Notes: generated by a model not told the origin, from the letters alone. 52,934 nucleotides of DNA from Candidatus Pacearchaeota archaeon (GCA_017609795.1 JAFCDH010000001.1:1-52934), one strand, 5' to 3'. Shown: positions 19,301 through 29,166, counted from the stretch's first letter. Made by a program: numbers and translations.

Positions 19301-20172
19301 ATTACTGCATTATCTACTCCATTTATTACCCAAAATCCATAATTTGATTGCCCTCCTGGTTCTTCACCATTTCCTGTTAAGGTTTTTCCGTTCATATCAA
19401 ATATAATATCAGATGCTCTAAATGTAAAACAATTTCCAGCAATATTTGAAATATCTTGAGATAAAGTATATGTTCCTCCTGAATCTACAAATCCACAAGC
19501 AGAAATCTCTGGGTCTAATAATATTTCTATCTCTCCACCACCTTCTTTCTTATAACTTATTTCAAAATCATAATAAGCTGATTCATATTGTGGGAATTCA
19601 AAATTTATTTTATAAGCAAAATTTGTATCATCATAAGTTGTCTTGACTTTATCTCCTAAATAAGTCCAGTTATAAAATCTTTTTCTTTCAATTTCAAAAG
19701 AACAATCTTTTTCACAATCATAAAATTCAGTCTCATCAATACATTCATCAAAACAAGTTTCATTTGATAAAGTCTCATTATATAATTCAAATTGAGTAGA
19801 AAAATAAACATTATATTTCTTATCTTTAACTTGAGCATCCTTATCTAATAAAAATTTAAATATATCTACTGTTAAAGTATAATTAGGATTATAACCTTCT
19901 ATTATAGCATCACAAATCTTATATCCATCATTTATTGAATCAGGTTTCCAAAAACAATGCTCAACTATTTTTGCTGAAATTATAACTCCATCATTTTCAA
20001 TAATCTTCCTATTATTTTCTATTCTTTCTGTTTGCGGTTCATCAGCCAAAACAAAATAAAGACTAACACTTAAAACCAACCCAATTAAAATTATTACACT
20101 AAGTTTTCCCACACTCTTTTTATCCATTTTAAAATGTTGATTCAAATGTTGAATATTAGTTTTATAAACCAT
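16363..20172 (-). CDS. Large surface glycoprotein: beta-helix (NosD/pectin-lyase-like), Ig-like repeats, C-terminal TM
   Basis: Signal; ISACG..YTLSQDI..IFDMNGKTL beta-helix start; repeated NDTxGNxN..F.IDT; very many sequons. Confidence 0.85.
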   Translation of the reverse strand: MVYKTNIQHLNQHFKMDKKSVGKLSVIILIGLVLSVSLYFVLADEPQTERIENNRKIIENDGVIISAKIVEHCFWKPDSINDGYKICDAIIEGYNPNYTLTVDIFKFLLDKDAQVKDKKYNVYFSTQFELYNETLSNETCFDECIDETEFYDCEKDCSFEIERKRFYNWTYLGDKVKTTYDDTNFAYKINFEFPQYESAYYDFEISYKKEGGGEIEILLDPEISACGFVDSGGTYTLSQDISNIAGNCFTFRASDIIFDMNGKTLTGNGEEPGGQSNYGFWVINGVDNAVIKNGNINNFGVTAITIFSGSDNIEIKDININTGNYGVYDHGIDIVDSVNNVLENITITGTNGVSEGINMWGDDYLSSKNKWSDITISETRWAIGFWYVLDNNLTNFSFYDNLNGVYFQDGASNNLLKDGKISSTTVDVTITPFETASINNVFLNVTYDKVKEDVSSGCSLYRKWYYRTYVNDSNTGSALEGINITAYNITGTPQFNFTTDDTGYTPQTEIFDYYRTGGVTTYYSNYTIYAQNISYPTISHLYDVTVNENNFNDVFSLDNVHPYINITSPTNGTSSSDNTLDVEYTFADTNIASCWYSNDTFTLNTSITCGVNITDITWTDGKHIVRVWTNDTAGNTNSSNVTFFIDTIPPDYRILNPVNTNYYSQNFIHINLTSTNFNACVVSLNSGLNNYSLSINSSSTGGNYSNTSIADGDYTITAYCNDTVGNTNSTQSTTFTIDTTNPLISYGTGTELNETNFTRTWIYVYANVTETNEKNITFRLYHRNGTQVNITTYSTAQRVVNWTGLNDGFYNYNISVWDGASNYNETRTRRITLDNANPLLDLYRPLPQNYATNQSLPLNFTVSDETLGVQSCWYRIFNSTDIITSNTTVPDCANMTFNVTKIDGIGEGAYTLTFYVNDTLNNINSSSVTFGLSFTAPSTVLDYPTDGLWLNTGVNSHFNFTSTDVNGLDTCRLYHNATGTWHKNFTWKKPNSGVQNYTNFTLTDTEFVWNVWCNDTSNNGDWALNNFTFGVDTIFPEINLSSISTTVDSKMIYFNSTTSDTNTLSCKYSIYNATGSLDGTNENISYTCNVRGLAAVQGNYGTYNLTIYSSDLASNENKTTKEFTITYTTPSSLGGGGEPTPPEEEEEPEIIIEAKAICGNGLCESGESFYSCPSDCGGLNLDDLIFSCFAGNPIGDWLDVEDTPEIKSRCITNQSPVLFWIFIITISGVSGVIVLEKQKAKGKIYKFPQYYEARRKAKSWLRRAFKKRK

Positions 20173-20173
20173 C

Positions 20174-20665
20174 CTAAGTATTTAAATTTAACTGAAACTC
20201 TCCAAATATAATAAATTTAAACTTATCTAAAAGGTTTTTTTCAGGTATTTTACAAAAAATCTGTTCTTTTTCTATTTGAAAATTGTCTTCAAAATTATTA
20301 TTATCCCCTTTTGTCTTAAAAAAATAACCACTTTTAGCAGAAATTCTATGACCAATTAATTCAATTTTTCCATTAACTGGAACATAGAAGGCTATAATAT
20401 CTCCAATATTATAATTTTTTTGAGGAATACAAAGACACTCATCATCACTATAGATGTTTGGTTCCATAGAATCACCATTCACCCTCATAATATAAAGTGG
20501 ATTTTTTTTCAGTTCTTCCCTTATTTCATTAACTACTTCTCCTTCATAAGTAACAAATGTTTCATAATGAATTTCTTTCCCAGGATAACAAAGTGGTGCT
20601 TTTACATTTATAAAAAAGATTCCAAGTATCAAGATTATTCCTAAGATAATTAATTCCCATTTCAT
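20174..20665 (-). CDS. Signal peptidase I, archaeal/ER type (S26B)
   Basis: VNGDSMEP (Ser), GDIIAF, IGHR (His), KTKGDNN. Confidence 0.9.
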   Translation of the reverse strand: MKWELIILGIILILGIFFINVKAPLCYPGKEIHYETFVTYEGEVVNEIREELKKNPLYIMRVNGDSMEPNIYSDDECLCIPQKNYNIGDIIAFYVPVNGKIELIGHRISAKSGYFFKTKGDNNNFEDNFQIEKEQIFCKIPEKNLLDKFKFIIFGEFQLNLNT

Positions 20666-21183
20666 AGTTTCTTTAAGAACAATATTAATATTGCTATAAC
20701 CCCCGCTATTAAAGCTATTACAGTTGATTTATTTTTAAATAGTAATGAAATATGTGTTATAAAAGTTTCTGCTTCTTCTTCACAAGCATCTAAAGTAGTA
20801 AAATAAGTAGCAGGACATCCTTCTTCTTGTAAAAAATATTCTGAATAACATCTATCATCTTCCCCAATAAAATAACATTCTATTTTTGGTTTTTCTACTG
20901 CTTTTATCCCATATTTTAATTCACATTCGTGTTTTGTTGAATAATATCCTTCAGGGCAAACTAGTAAATTTTGTTCAGTGAAATTAATTAAATTAACTTT
21001 TTGTTGAACACAGGTATCAGAAGTAGATAAAGTATAACAGATTCCAGTAGTATTTGAAACAAACCCCACCATTTCCTGTCCACCAAAAAGTATAAAAGTA
21101 AATTGTGGTTGTTGTGTCGCCCAAATAAATAAGATTAGTACAATCAGTCCAAAAATTAATTTCTCTTTATCTTTCATTTTCAA
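20662..21183 (-). CDS. Cys-rich membrane protein, TM at both ends
   Basis: CPEGYYSTKHEC / CPATYFTTLDAC repeats. Confidence 0.75.
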   Translation of the reverse strand: MKMKDKEKLIFGLIVLILFIWATQQPQFTFILFGGQEMVGFVSNTTGICYTLSTSDTCVQQKVNLINFTEQNLLVCPEGYYSTKHECELKYGIKAVEKPKIECYFIGEDDRCYSEYFLQEEGCPATYFTTLDACEEEAETFITHISLLFKNKSTVIALIAGVIAILILFLKKL

Positions 21184-21952
21184 TATTTAATATAATCTCT
21201 TGAGTTTCTGAATACTCATAATTATATTTTTCATTTAATAGTGATTGAAAGAATTTAGTCCAGTGTTTTCTGTTGAAATTCACTTCTGAGTGGCATCCCC
21301 AACACAAACTTATACAATTTTGAGGTATTGAGAGCTTTTTATCATAATTTACATGATGAATCGATAATGCTCTACTTTCTTTTTCTTGATGTTTCCCACA
21401 TTTTAGACATATATAATTGTCTCTTTTTCTTATTGCTCTTTTAAATTTTCTAGTAAATCTTAAATCATAAGGTTCAAAAGAAATCCCTCCCCTCCAAGCA
21501 GGGCTTTTCTCTCCACTTCTACCATTTAATTTACCCTCTGCATATAATTTCTTTAGTGTCTTACTAAGATTCTTTGAAAGTCTTCTTAAAGGTTCATAAT
21601 TCTCTTTTGTTTTTCCTTTACAATGGGGGATGTTTCCTTTTTTAAATTCTCTTAAAGGGGGCTTTCCGCTATTAAATTTACTACAACTAACTTTTACTTT
21701 ATTTTCATTAAGAATCATATAGATAGGAGTAAGACTACAATTAAATTTCTTTGTTATTTGTGGTCGTCCTGAAAGGTTTCCCTTAACATACATATCTACT
21801 ATTTTTTTCATTGGAAGATTTAATCTCTTTGGTAAATCTAATGTTTTCCCTTTATGATTAGGAGTGTGTCCTTTTTTAAATTCTGTTTCTGGAGAATAAT
21901 GTTCTCCTTTAACAAATCTTCCTTTTGAATCTCTTTTTGTATTTTCTTTCAT
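21167..21952 (-). CDS. HNH homing endonuclease with NUMOD-like repeats
   Basis: EFKKGH.P repeats; WRGG; RDNYICLKCG..SIHH...LCWGCH. Confidence 0.9.
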   Translation of the reverse strand: MKENTKRDSKGRFVKGEHYSPETEFKKGHTPNHKGKTLDLPKRLNLPMKKIVDMYVKGNLSGRPQITKKFNCSLTPIYMILNENKVKVSCSKFNSGKPPLREFKKGNIPHCKGKTKENYEPLRRLSKNLSKTLKKLYAEGKLNGRSGEKSPAWRGGISFEPYDLRFTRKFKRAIRKRDNYICLKCGKHQEKESRALSIHHVNYDKKLSIPQNCISLCWGCHSEVNFNRKHWTKFFQSLLNEKYNYEYSETQEIILNIENER

Positions 21953-21954
21953 TT

Positions 21955-23304
21955 TTAAAATACCCCCACCACACAGTAACCAACTCCAAATTTATCTGTT
22001 TCACAAATTCCATCTCCACCCCAAAGGATTTCACAATCTTGTTCAAATCCTATACACTCACCTAAACATTGATATTCTGTTAAAACATCACCTGTACAAA
22101 AATCAAAAAGTTCTCCAGTTTCTCCAATACAACTTCCAGGAGTTTCTATATCAAAACCATCATCTGTATCTAAACAAGCCCAATCCGAACAATAACAACC
22201 ACCGTCGTTAATACAATGCATTCCCTCATCACACCATCCACCACAAAATAAATCAATTACTTCAGAAACATGACAAGGAGTTTCAGTATAAGGCATAGGA
22301 ACACACCATCCAACTGTTTCACTTGTATACATAGGAGAACAAACAGTATCAATATCATCAGTATAACCATAACAACTTGGAAATTCACTATCATGCCTAC
22401 ATTCACAAAAAGGTATACAATCTGTATCAAAACAATCTATTGCTTCATCTAAATCATTATCTATTTCATCAGTACAAAGTTCTTCTGTATTTTCTTCTAT
22501 AATTACTTCCCCATCACAAACAGCCCTACAAGCAATTATATCACCTTCAAATGCTTCCATACAAGGAACAAATTCTCCTCCCTCATCATAATCTTCACCA
22601 CCACTATGTGAAACACAATAATCAAAAACTTCATCATAACATTCATCATAACATGCTTCTAAGTCTACATCATCATCATCATCATCTATTATTTCTCCAA
22701 CGTCTCTACATTCTCCTTCTTCACAAGTCCAAGTTTCTCCATATCTTGTTTTACAATTAATATCTTCTGAAGTATAAGTTAATTCATCATAACAATATCT
22801 TTCTCTTAAAATATTTCCCATACAAATATCATCTAAATTTGCCCCACTTAAAATACTTCCAAAAGTAATATAATCTCTTCCATCATCTGTTTCAACACAA
22901 GGAGGAATTGGAACTTCAACAATATCTCCTGGGCAATCTACTCCCGGCTTACAATCTTCTAGACTTGATTCAAATATAGCAAACTCCCCTAAGAAACTTA
23001 TATCAAAATTTCCAATAGACATATTTCCATCTACATCACAAACAGCCATATTCATTAAAATAATTCCGACACCTAAAATAATTAATCCAATCTTTAAATA
23101 ATGTTTTTTATTTTTCCAAGCAAAAAAAGCCATTACTACAAATACTATAGCAAAAATAATACAATATGTATGGTCACAGAAATGTAATTTTACTAAAAAA
23201 CCATTTGCCCAATCGTGGACTTGAGGTAAGACAAAGAACAAAGCTAAAGCTAATAATAATATTGCAAAGTTTTTCCATTTCTTTATTTCTTGTTGTATTT
23301 TCAT
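21955..23304 (-). CDS. Three-TM protein with acidic Cys-rich extracellular repeats
   Basis: CVETDDG/CLDTDDG repeats, CTDEIDNDLDEAIDCFDTDC Ca-binding-like motif. Confidence 0.8.
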   Translation of the reverse strand: MKIQQEIKKWKNFAILLLALALFFVLPQVHDWANGFLVKLHFCDHTYCIIFAIVFVVMAFFAWKNKKHYLKIGLIILGVGIILMNMAVCDVDGNMSIGNFDISFLGEFAIFESSLEDCKPGVDCPGDIVEVPIPPCVETDDGRDYITFGSILSGANLDDICMGNILRERYCYDELTYTSEDINCKTRYGETWTCEEGECRDVGEIIDDDDDDVDLEACYDECYDEVFDYCVSHSGGEDYDEGGEFVPCMEAFEGDIIACRAVCDGEVIIEENTEELCTDEIDNDLDEAIDCFDTDCIPFCECRHDSEFPSCYGYTDDIDTVCSPMYTSETVGWCVPMPYTETPCHVSEVIDLFCGGWCDEGMHCINDGGCYCSDWACLDTDDGFDIETPGSCIGETGELFDFCTGDVLTEYQCLGECIGFEQDCEILWGGDGICETDKFGVGYCVVGVF

Positions 23305-24869
23305 CTTTTCTTACCACCTGCGAGTAATAATAACAATAATATAACACCTCCAGCTATTATAAATATTTTGTATTTATCCCAAAACTCTTGTAAATCAAAT
23401 AAATCATCTTCTTTATCTTTTAAATCTTCAATTAATTTTTGTTGTTCTTCTATTGTTAATCTTAATTGTTCAACTAATGCTTTTTCTTGTTCTAAACTTA
23501 ATTCTAAATTTGCTATGATTTCTAATTGTTCTTCTGTTGTTAATTCTAATTGATTAATTAAGTCTGCATTTTCTGCAATAGTTAATCCCATTGCTGTAAT
23601 TAATTTAGCTAACTCTTCTTTTGTAAATTCTAATTGATTAATTAATTGTGCTTGTTCATCTATTGTATCATATAAAGCTAAAATTATTTCTGCATCATCT
23701 CCAATTAAATTTTCAAGAGCTTTAATTATTTCTGCCTGGTCTGCAAAACTTAATTCCATTTCAGCTATTAGTCTTGCTTGATTTTCATTTTCAACTTGTA
23801 ATAATTGTATTAATGCCGCTTTTGCTGCGAGATTTATCTTCATTTGATTAATTAAATCTGCTTGTTCTTGTATTGTTAAATCTAATTGTTCAATTATTAT
23901 GTATTGTTCTGCAACAGTTAATTGCATTTCTGTGATTAATGTAGCTTGTTCTTCAAGATTTAATTCTAATTGTTTTATAATCTCTGCTTTTTCTGCTGTT
24001 AATAACTCTAATTGTGTTATCATAGCTAATTGTCCTTCTAAAGTAGTAGTTAAATTTTTGATTATTTCTGCTTTTTGTCCTATGGTTAATTCTAATTGAT
24101 TAATTATATCCATTAATCTTGCTTGTTCTTCATCTGAAAGTGCTACAAAATTTACTATTTCTATAAATCTTTGGTCTCTACAAATATAATAGATTCCTTC
24201 ATCTGCTTTTATCTCATTTTCAATACAATCTAAAGAAGGATAATCTATATCAAGAAATGGTCTATATTTCCATAGAGAATCTTTTGACCTAATTATTACT
24301 TTTTCAGCACAATCTCTATCATCATTTTGAATTACAATACTAAATACATTTTCATCAGCCCTTATCTTTGTTTCAATATAGTTTGCTAATCCTTGAAATC
24401 TAATATAGTCATCATCATCTGAAACTGAAAAACGGAAGGAAGTTATCGAAGCCCCTGTACTTGGTTTATTGTTCCAATTTATAGTATTTTCATTCCAATC
24501 ATTGGTTGTTTCGTGCATAACAATATCAACAGTATTACCTATAGTTGAAACATATACATACAAATCTGCTTTTGTTAAATGATTTCCTTCCCTAACTGTC
24601 CTATACAATTCACTATTTTTATCTAATTCAAATTTCATATAAGTTCTATATTCATCATCACAATCAGAACCACTTGCATATCCAAATCTTAAATAATTTT
24701 CAAATCCATAATTAGTGCTTTTATCCTCATCAACCCGAGAATCTTCTATTGGAAAAATTGCATCAGTGGTTGGTTGATAAACAGCAAATAAATCTAATTT
24801 AGGTAAAACAAATATAGCTAAGACTAATAAAATTCCAATGATTATTAATGTGTTATTTTGTTTTGTCAT
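23301..24869 (-). CDS. DNRLRE (CBM96-like) head, 14-aa-repeat coiled-coil stalk, C-terminal TM
   Basis: EDSRV..TNYG..RTYMKFEL..WNENTINWNNKP; IxQLELTxxEQAxL repeats. Confidence 0.85.
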   Translation of the reverse strand: MTKQNNTLIIIGILLVLAIFVLPKLDLFAVYQPTTDAIFPIEDSRVDEDKSTNYGFENYLRFGYASGSDCDDEYRTYMKFELDKNSELYRTVREGNHLTKADLYVYVSTIGNTVDIVMHETTNDWNENTINWNNKPSTGASITSFRFSVSDDDDYIRFQGLANYIETKIRADENVFSIVIQNDDRDCAEKVIIRSKDSLWKYRPFLDIDYPSLDCIENEIKADEGIYYICRDQRFIEIVNFVALSDEEQARLMDIINQLELTIGQKAEIIKNLTTTLEGQLAMITQLELLTAEKAEIIKQLELNLEEQATLITEMQLTVAEQYIIIEQLDLTIQEQADLINQMKINLAAKAALIQLLQVENENQARLIAEMELSFADQAEIIKALENLIGDDAEIILALYDTIDEQAQLINQLEFTKEELAKLITAMGLTIAENADLINQLELTTEEQLEIIANLELSLEQEKALVEQLRLTIEEQQKLIEDLKDKEDDLFDLQEFWDKYKIFIIAGGVILLLLLLAGGKKR

Positions 24870-24881
24870 TTTAAATTTATA

Positions 24882-26192
24882 TTATATTAAACATGAAATA
24901 TCAAATGTTTCTTTTCTTACTTCGTAATTTGGATTTGAAGATGAAGATTCTGAACCAATTAAATCAACATAATATTCCTCTGTAAATTGTACTGGATTCT
25001 CAAAATTGATAACTCCTTCGTAATTAGAAAATGTACAACTACTATCATCTAAAGATAAAATAGTAAAAGTATTTGTAACTCCTAAATTATTTCTAAGTCT
25101 ATATTTAAATGTTATTTTGCCCCTGGTTGTTTGTTGTCTTACTTCTATATTATAACTTAAGGCATTACAAGAACTTCTAAATCCATCAGCCCCAGGGACA
25201 TTAAAAGGAGTAGACCTTATGACAACATCCTTTCCACCAGTAGAAAAAGAGGAAGAAGATATAAAATCATTATTTATTACATTAACATTTGTAGGAATTA
25301 TTGGAAAACTAAAATCAGTATCATAAGTATAACATAAACCAAAAGAATCTCCATTCATACTTACATCTCCTTCTAAAGTATATCCTGTTGGGCATGATTC
25401 CGCAGGAGTATATCCGCTACCACTTATAGAAATTCTATCCCTAGTAATAGGATTAAAACATTGCCTTAATTTTTGATTATAACTACGAACCTTACCAATA
25501 TAAGTATAACCTGCCTTCCCTAAACAAGTATAATCTGGAATATAATTATATTCACTAACTGTAAGATAATCTCCAGTTTGAGAATTATAGCAAATCCCCC
25601 AAGGATAAACAGCAACTCCAGTATATCCTTGTATGTTCCTATCAAAAGTATACCAAGGCATTCCATTACAAGTTAAATCATCTTTAGAAACAACCATATA
25701 ATCAATTGTATTTGGTCCTTCTGGCACTTCAGCCACAAAACTTATAATTCCTGAATAAGCCCTGTCTGGATAAATTGTTTCCTGAGTATAAGAATTTTCT
25801 CCTGAAAGTTCTATCCAAAAATTAACTGGCGAAATAGATTCAAATTGTTCTGTAAGCATTGGTTCTGAAGTCCATAATGTTTTTGATTCATCTATTGCTA
25901 ATGATTGAGGTGTAACTCCAACTAAAGAATCTTCAAATGCTTGAGGATAAGCATTTACAACTTGTATATTTTCTATTGGAACATCTTGATTTATTGCAGA
26001 AATATCAAAATAAATTTCATAAACATCTGACCTTCCATCAACTATTGTAAATCCACCTATTGAAAATATTTCATTTCCATCTTTATCTAAATAATGAACC
26101 TTTAATCCAACCCCTTCTGGCTCTTGATTTATAATAAACAAAGCTCCAACTAATAAGATTCCTAAAATAAAAAGGATTGTTTGGTCTTTCAT
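24882..26192 (-). CDS. Membrane-anchored surface protein
   Basis: N-terminal TM, domain shared with 28131-28832, Cys-rich C-terminal part. Confidence 0.8.
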   Translation of the reverse strand: MKDQTILFILGILLVGALFIINQEPEGVGLKVHYLDKDGNEIFSIGGFTIVDGRSDVYEIYFDISAINQDVPIENIQVVNAYPQAFEDSLVGVTPQSLAIDESKTLWTSEPMLTEQFESISPVNFWIELSGENSYTQETIYPDRAYSGIISFVAEVPEGPNTIDYMVVSKDDLTCNGMPWYTFDRNIQGYTGVAVYPWGICYNSQTGDYLTVSEYNYIPDYTCLGKAGYTYIGKVRSYNQKLRQCFNPITRDRISISGSGYTPAESCPTGYTLEGDVSMNGDSFGLCYTYDTDFSFPIIPTNVNVINNDFISSSSFSTGGKDVVIRSTPFNVPGADGFRSSCNALSYNIEVRQQTTRGKITFKYRLRNNLGVTNTFTILSLDDSSCTFSNYEGVINFENPVQFTEEYYVDLIGSESSSSNPNYEVRKETFDISCLI

Positions 26193-26683
26193 ATTATTAA
26201 AAGATTGTATTTATTTAACATATATATCATAAAAATTGAAAAAGCAACACCAATTATAACAATATTTATTAGTCCTCTTTTTCCTACATTTTCAAAACCA
26301 AGTATTTTATTTTTCTGAGCTAATTTATCTGCAAAATATAAAGAAGGAATACCAATAATTCCTATAGTAATTGGAGCAATCCTAAACCAAGAACTTACAA
26401 TTGGGAAAAAAGCAGAAGGAACAAATAAAGATGAAAAAGAAGCTAATACCATTACAATTCCTGCAAAAAAAGCAATTAACCCTATTTTTAAATAATTTTT
26501 ATTATCTCCATTACTTATAATTCTTAAATCAGACAAAAAAACAACTATTGATAGTGCTGCCAAGCTTTCGACTAAATGATTCCCAAGGATTAAATCTCCA
26601 TCAACAGGGATATTAAAAATCCTTACAGCTAAGTTCACTCCTATTAAAAGAGATACCGACATCCAAGTTCTATAGTAACCCAT
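26189..26683 (-). CDS. Multi-pass membrane protein
   Basis: About 5 hydrophobic segments. Confidence 0.75.
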   Translation of the reverse strand: MGYYRTWMSVSLLIGVNLAVRIFNIPVDGDLILGNHLVESLAALSIVVFLSDLRIISNGDNKNYLKIGLIAFFAGIVMVLASFSSLFVPSAFFPIVSSWFRIAPITIGIIGIPSLYFADKLAQKNKILGFENVGKRGLINIVIIGVAFSIFMIYMLNKYNLLII

Positions 26684-26684
26684 C

Positions 26685-26972
26685 TTAAAATATTCTCCTA
26701 TTTTTAAAATTTAACATTCTATATATTTTTGTCAAGACATAAGTAATAATAATTCCTAAAGGAAGGAGGATTAATCCAAAACCAAGATAAGATAAATAAT
26801 CTCTTAACCAACCAGTAAAAGGAATTAAATTAAATACAAAATCATAAATTTGTTCATTATAATTAACAATAATAAATCCCCAGATAAAACTTCCAGTAAG
26901 CCATTCAAAAATTCCTTCTGTTGTATTATAGTGTGCAAAAAGATAATCCATTTTTTCTTTAAATAATCCCAT
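26685..26972 (-). CDS. Membrane protein
   Basis: 2 TM. Confidence 0.7.
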   Translation of the reverse strand: MGLFKEKMDYLFAHYNTTEGIFEWLTGSFIWGFIIVNYNEQIYDFVFNLIPFTGWLRDYLSYLGFGLILLPLGIIITYVLTKIYRMLNFKNRRIF

Positions 26973-27183
26973 TCTTTTTCCTCCAATAAAAATACCAAAT
27001 TAATAATATTATAATTGCTATCAATGAAAAATTCGCAATTGAAATTCCTATATAACTTAAAATCCCTCTTGTTGAATCTGGTTTAATAAAATTTAATATT
27101 GCTATAAGTACAACTAACCCCATAAAACCAGTTCTAACTTTGTTCTTGTTCCACTCATTTTTTATTTCATTTATTATTTTCAT
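26959..27183 (-). CDS. Membrane protein
   Basis: 2 TM. Confidence 0.7.
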   Translation of the reverse strand: MKIINEIKNEWNKNKVRTGFMGLVVLIAILNFIKPDSTRGILSYIGISIANFSLIAIIILLIWYFYWRKKNGII

Positions 27184-27653
27184 AGTTTTTCTTTTAAAAA
27201 TTTAGTTAAAAAGTATACAATAATTATTCCAACAAAAGAACTTAATAAAAGAGCCGACCCTGTTACTTGTGAATATCCAAAGAATTCAGAAAGGCTACTT
27301 ATAATTGGCTGGTTGTTTAAATGCAAAAGTGATTTAGGAATTTTGTTTCCTTGAAGCCAAAAATAAAGAACATCAGCTAATCCAGTCATCCATAAAATAT
27401 AACTTCCTAATCCTATTGAAACTGCTTCTGATTTATCTTTATAAAGTAGATAATAAACTAAAGAAACAACTGCTATAATTAAAAGAACGATATTTCTAAA
27501 CAAAAACCACCACCCTTCTGGAAAATCTCCGCTTGTATATTGTTCATAACTCCCAAAGATTTGACTTTTTAATGCAAAAATATCAATTAATGAAATTGCT
27601 AATACAACTAAGAAAGAGATTAATATAATTTTTGTTAGTTTTTGCATTTTCAT
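27180..27653 (-). CDS. Four-TM membrane protein
   Basis: GLADVLYFWL motif, 4 TM. Confidence 0.75.
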   Translation of the reverse strand: MKMQKLTKIILISFLVVLAISLIDIFALKSQIFGSYEQYTSGDFPEGWWFLFRNIVLLIIAVVSLVYYLLYKDKSEAVSIGLGSYILWMTGLADVLYFWLQGNKIPKSLLHLNNQPIISSLSEFFGYSQVTGSALLLSSFVGIIIVYFLTKFLKEKL

Positions 27654-27672
27654 TTTTCATTTTATTAAGGAA

Positions 27673-27924
27673 TTATAATCCCACATATTTTAATCCTAAA
27701 AAGATTAATACTGTTATTATGATATGTTTTAATGTAAAAGCTTCTCCTCTTCCTGCAATAAACTTAGCTACCCATCCTGCCAACAGAAAAACTAAAATCA
27801 TATGAACATTTACTACTTCAACATCTATATAGCTTGCTATCTTTTCTGCTATCCAATTAATTCCTGGACTAATCTTTTCTGTAATGCCCCTAGCTAAGCT
27901 TAGGGCTTCTTGGAGCAATTCCAT
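27673..27924 (-). CDS. Small membrane protein
   Basis: Amphipathic helix plus 2 TM. Confidence 0.7.
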   Translation of the reverse strand: MELLQEALSLARGITEKISPGINWIAEKIASYIDVEVVNVHMILVFLLAGWVAKFIAGRGEAFTLKHIIITVLIFLGLKYVGL

Positions 27925-27933
27925 ATTGATTTA

Positions 27934-28122
27934 TTATAATACTTTCCAGAGTAAGTAAACTACAAACACATTAGCTATTCCAACAAGAGTCTTCAATTGA
28001 AATCCCATCAATTCATAGTCTAAATCAACTCCTAAAACTGATGATAAAATTCCCAATAAAAGCCCTGCTGTTACTAAAGCTGTAATCAAACTTATCCATC
28101 TAGCTATTTTCCAACTAAACAT
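27934..28122 (-). CDS. Small two-TM protein
   Basis: Hydrophobic hairpin; SD ggagg. Confidence 0.7.
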   Translation of the reverse strand: MFSWKIARWISLITALVTAGLLLGILSSVLGVDLDYELMGFQLKTLVGIANVFVVYLLWKVL

Positions 28123-28130
28123 TTTTCCTC

Positions 28131-28832
28131 CTATTGTGGTACGGCTGTCTCTATTAAAACACTGAATGCCCCTGTTGGGTCTGCACTAAACTTCAAAGAT
28201 ATACTGTCTGAACTGTCTGCTCCTGAACCATCATAAGAATTTGTCCCATGAATATTAACTGAAAAAGTCTGTGTTGTTCCTATCCATCCAAGAGTTTCAA
28301 AATTCATAACACTTGACATCCAAGAAACTGTTGCTCCACCTAGTAGTTCCTTCTTGTTAGCTGTTCCTGTTGGTAATGCATCTGAAAATCCTACTGGGCT
28401 TGCTGTACTTATATAAACATCATTAAAATCAAATGATGCTCCATTAGTTACTTTGACTCCTACATCCATAGCTACTACATTTGCTAAAACACAAGAGTTT
28501 TCCCAACAAAGAATATTTGGATTTCCTGCATACCCTTCACAATCAGATGTTTCTGTACAAGTTGGTGCTGGAGGATGTTCCACAATAGCACCTATGACTC
28601 CTGTTGCTGATGCAATTTTAAACCAATCTGGGATTGTTACTGGATTTCCGTCTTTGTCATAGAAATTTACTTCCATTCCCTGTCCTTCTTCGTTTTTACT
28701 TATATCCACTGGTTCTGCATGTTCTTTCAAGGTTTTTGTACCTGTTCCATATCCGTAGTAAACAAATAATAGCATTAAAACTGCTATTATTCCCAATACT
28801 ATCAATATGTTTGTTTTTGCTTTTTTATACAT
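28131..28832 (-). CDS. Membrane-anchored secreted protein, paralogue of 24882-26192 N-domain
   Basis: MYKKAK + TM; EGQGMEVNFYDKDGN. Confidence 0.8.
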   Translation of the reverse strand: MYKKAKTNILIVLGIIAVLMLLFVYYGYGTGTKTLKEHAEPVDISKNEEGQGMEVNFYDKDGNPVTIPDWFKIASATGVIGAIVEHPPAPTCTETSDCEGYAGNPNILCWENSCVLANVVAMDVGVKVTNGASFDFNDVYISTASPVGFSDALPTGTANKKELLGGATVSWMSSVMNFETLGWIGTTQTFSVNIHGTNSYDGSGADSSDSISLKFSADPTGAFSVLIETAVPQ

Positions 28833-28834
28833 TT

Positions 28835-28864
28835 TTTTGTTTTCATTTATTTAATTAAGGTGAA
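28835..28864 (-). promoter_or_regulatory. 30-bp leader identical to 40281-40310 (+)
   Basis: ttcaccttaattaaataaatgaaaacaaaa directly before ATG in both cases. Confidence 0.75.
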
Positions 28865-29166
28865 ATTGATGAAAAGATTTGAGGTATTAAATCTGGTAAA
28901 TAATAAAATAATCCAATTATTGCACCAGCTTCTATAATAATAAATATAATGTCTTTAGTATTCAAACTTCCAATTCTTTTACCTAAAGTATAAAGACTAA
29001 TTATTGCAACAACAACTAATACTAAAAGAAAAGTCCATCCTAATTTTAATGGAGTTGAATCTACAAATTCTGAATATATATAACTTCCTGCTTGCAGGGC
29101 TACAAAAATTATTAAAAGGGTGATGAATAATTTGTTAACGTCTAGTCCCCCTGCTTTTAATGCCAT
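28855..29166 (-). CDS. Three-TM membrane protein
   Basis: Hydrophobic segments. Confidence 0.75.
   Translation of the reverse strand: MALKAGGLDVNKLFITLLIIFVALQAGSYIYSEFVDSTPLKLGWTFLLVLVVVAIISLYTLGKRIGSLNTKDIIFIIIEAGAIIGLFYYLPDLIPQIFSSISP

Noticed and set aside
22668..22686. (CAT)n microsatellite
   Set aside because: Encodes a poly-Asp linker; ordinary low complexity
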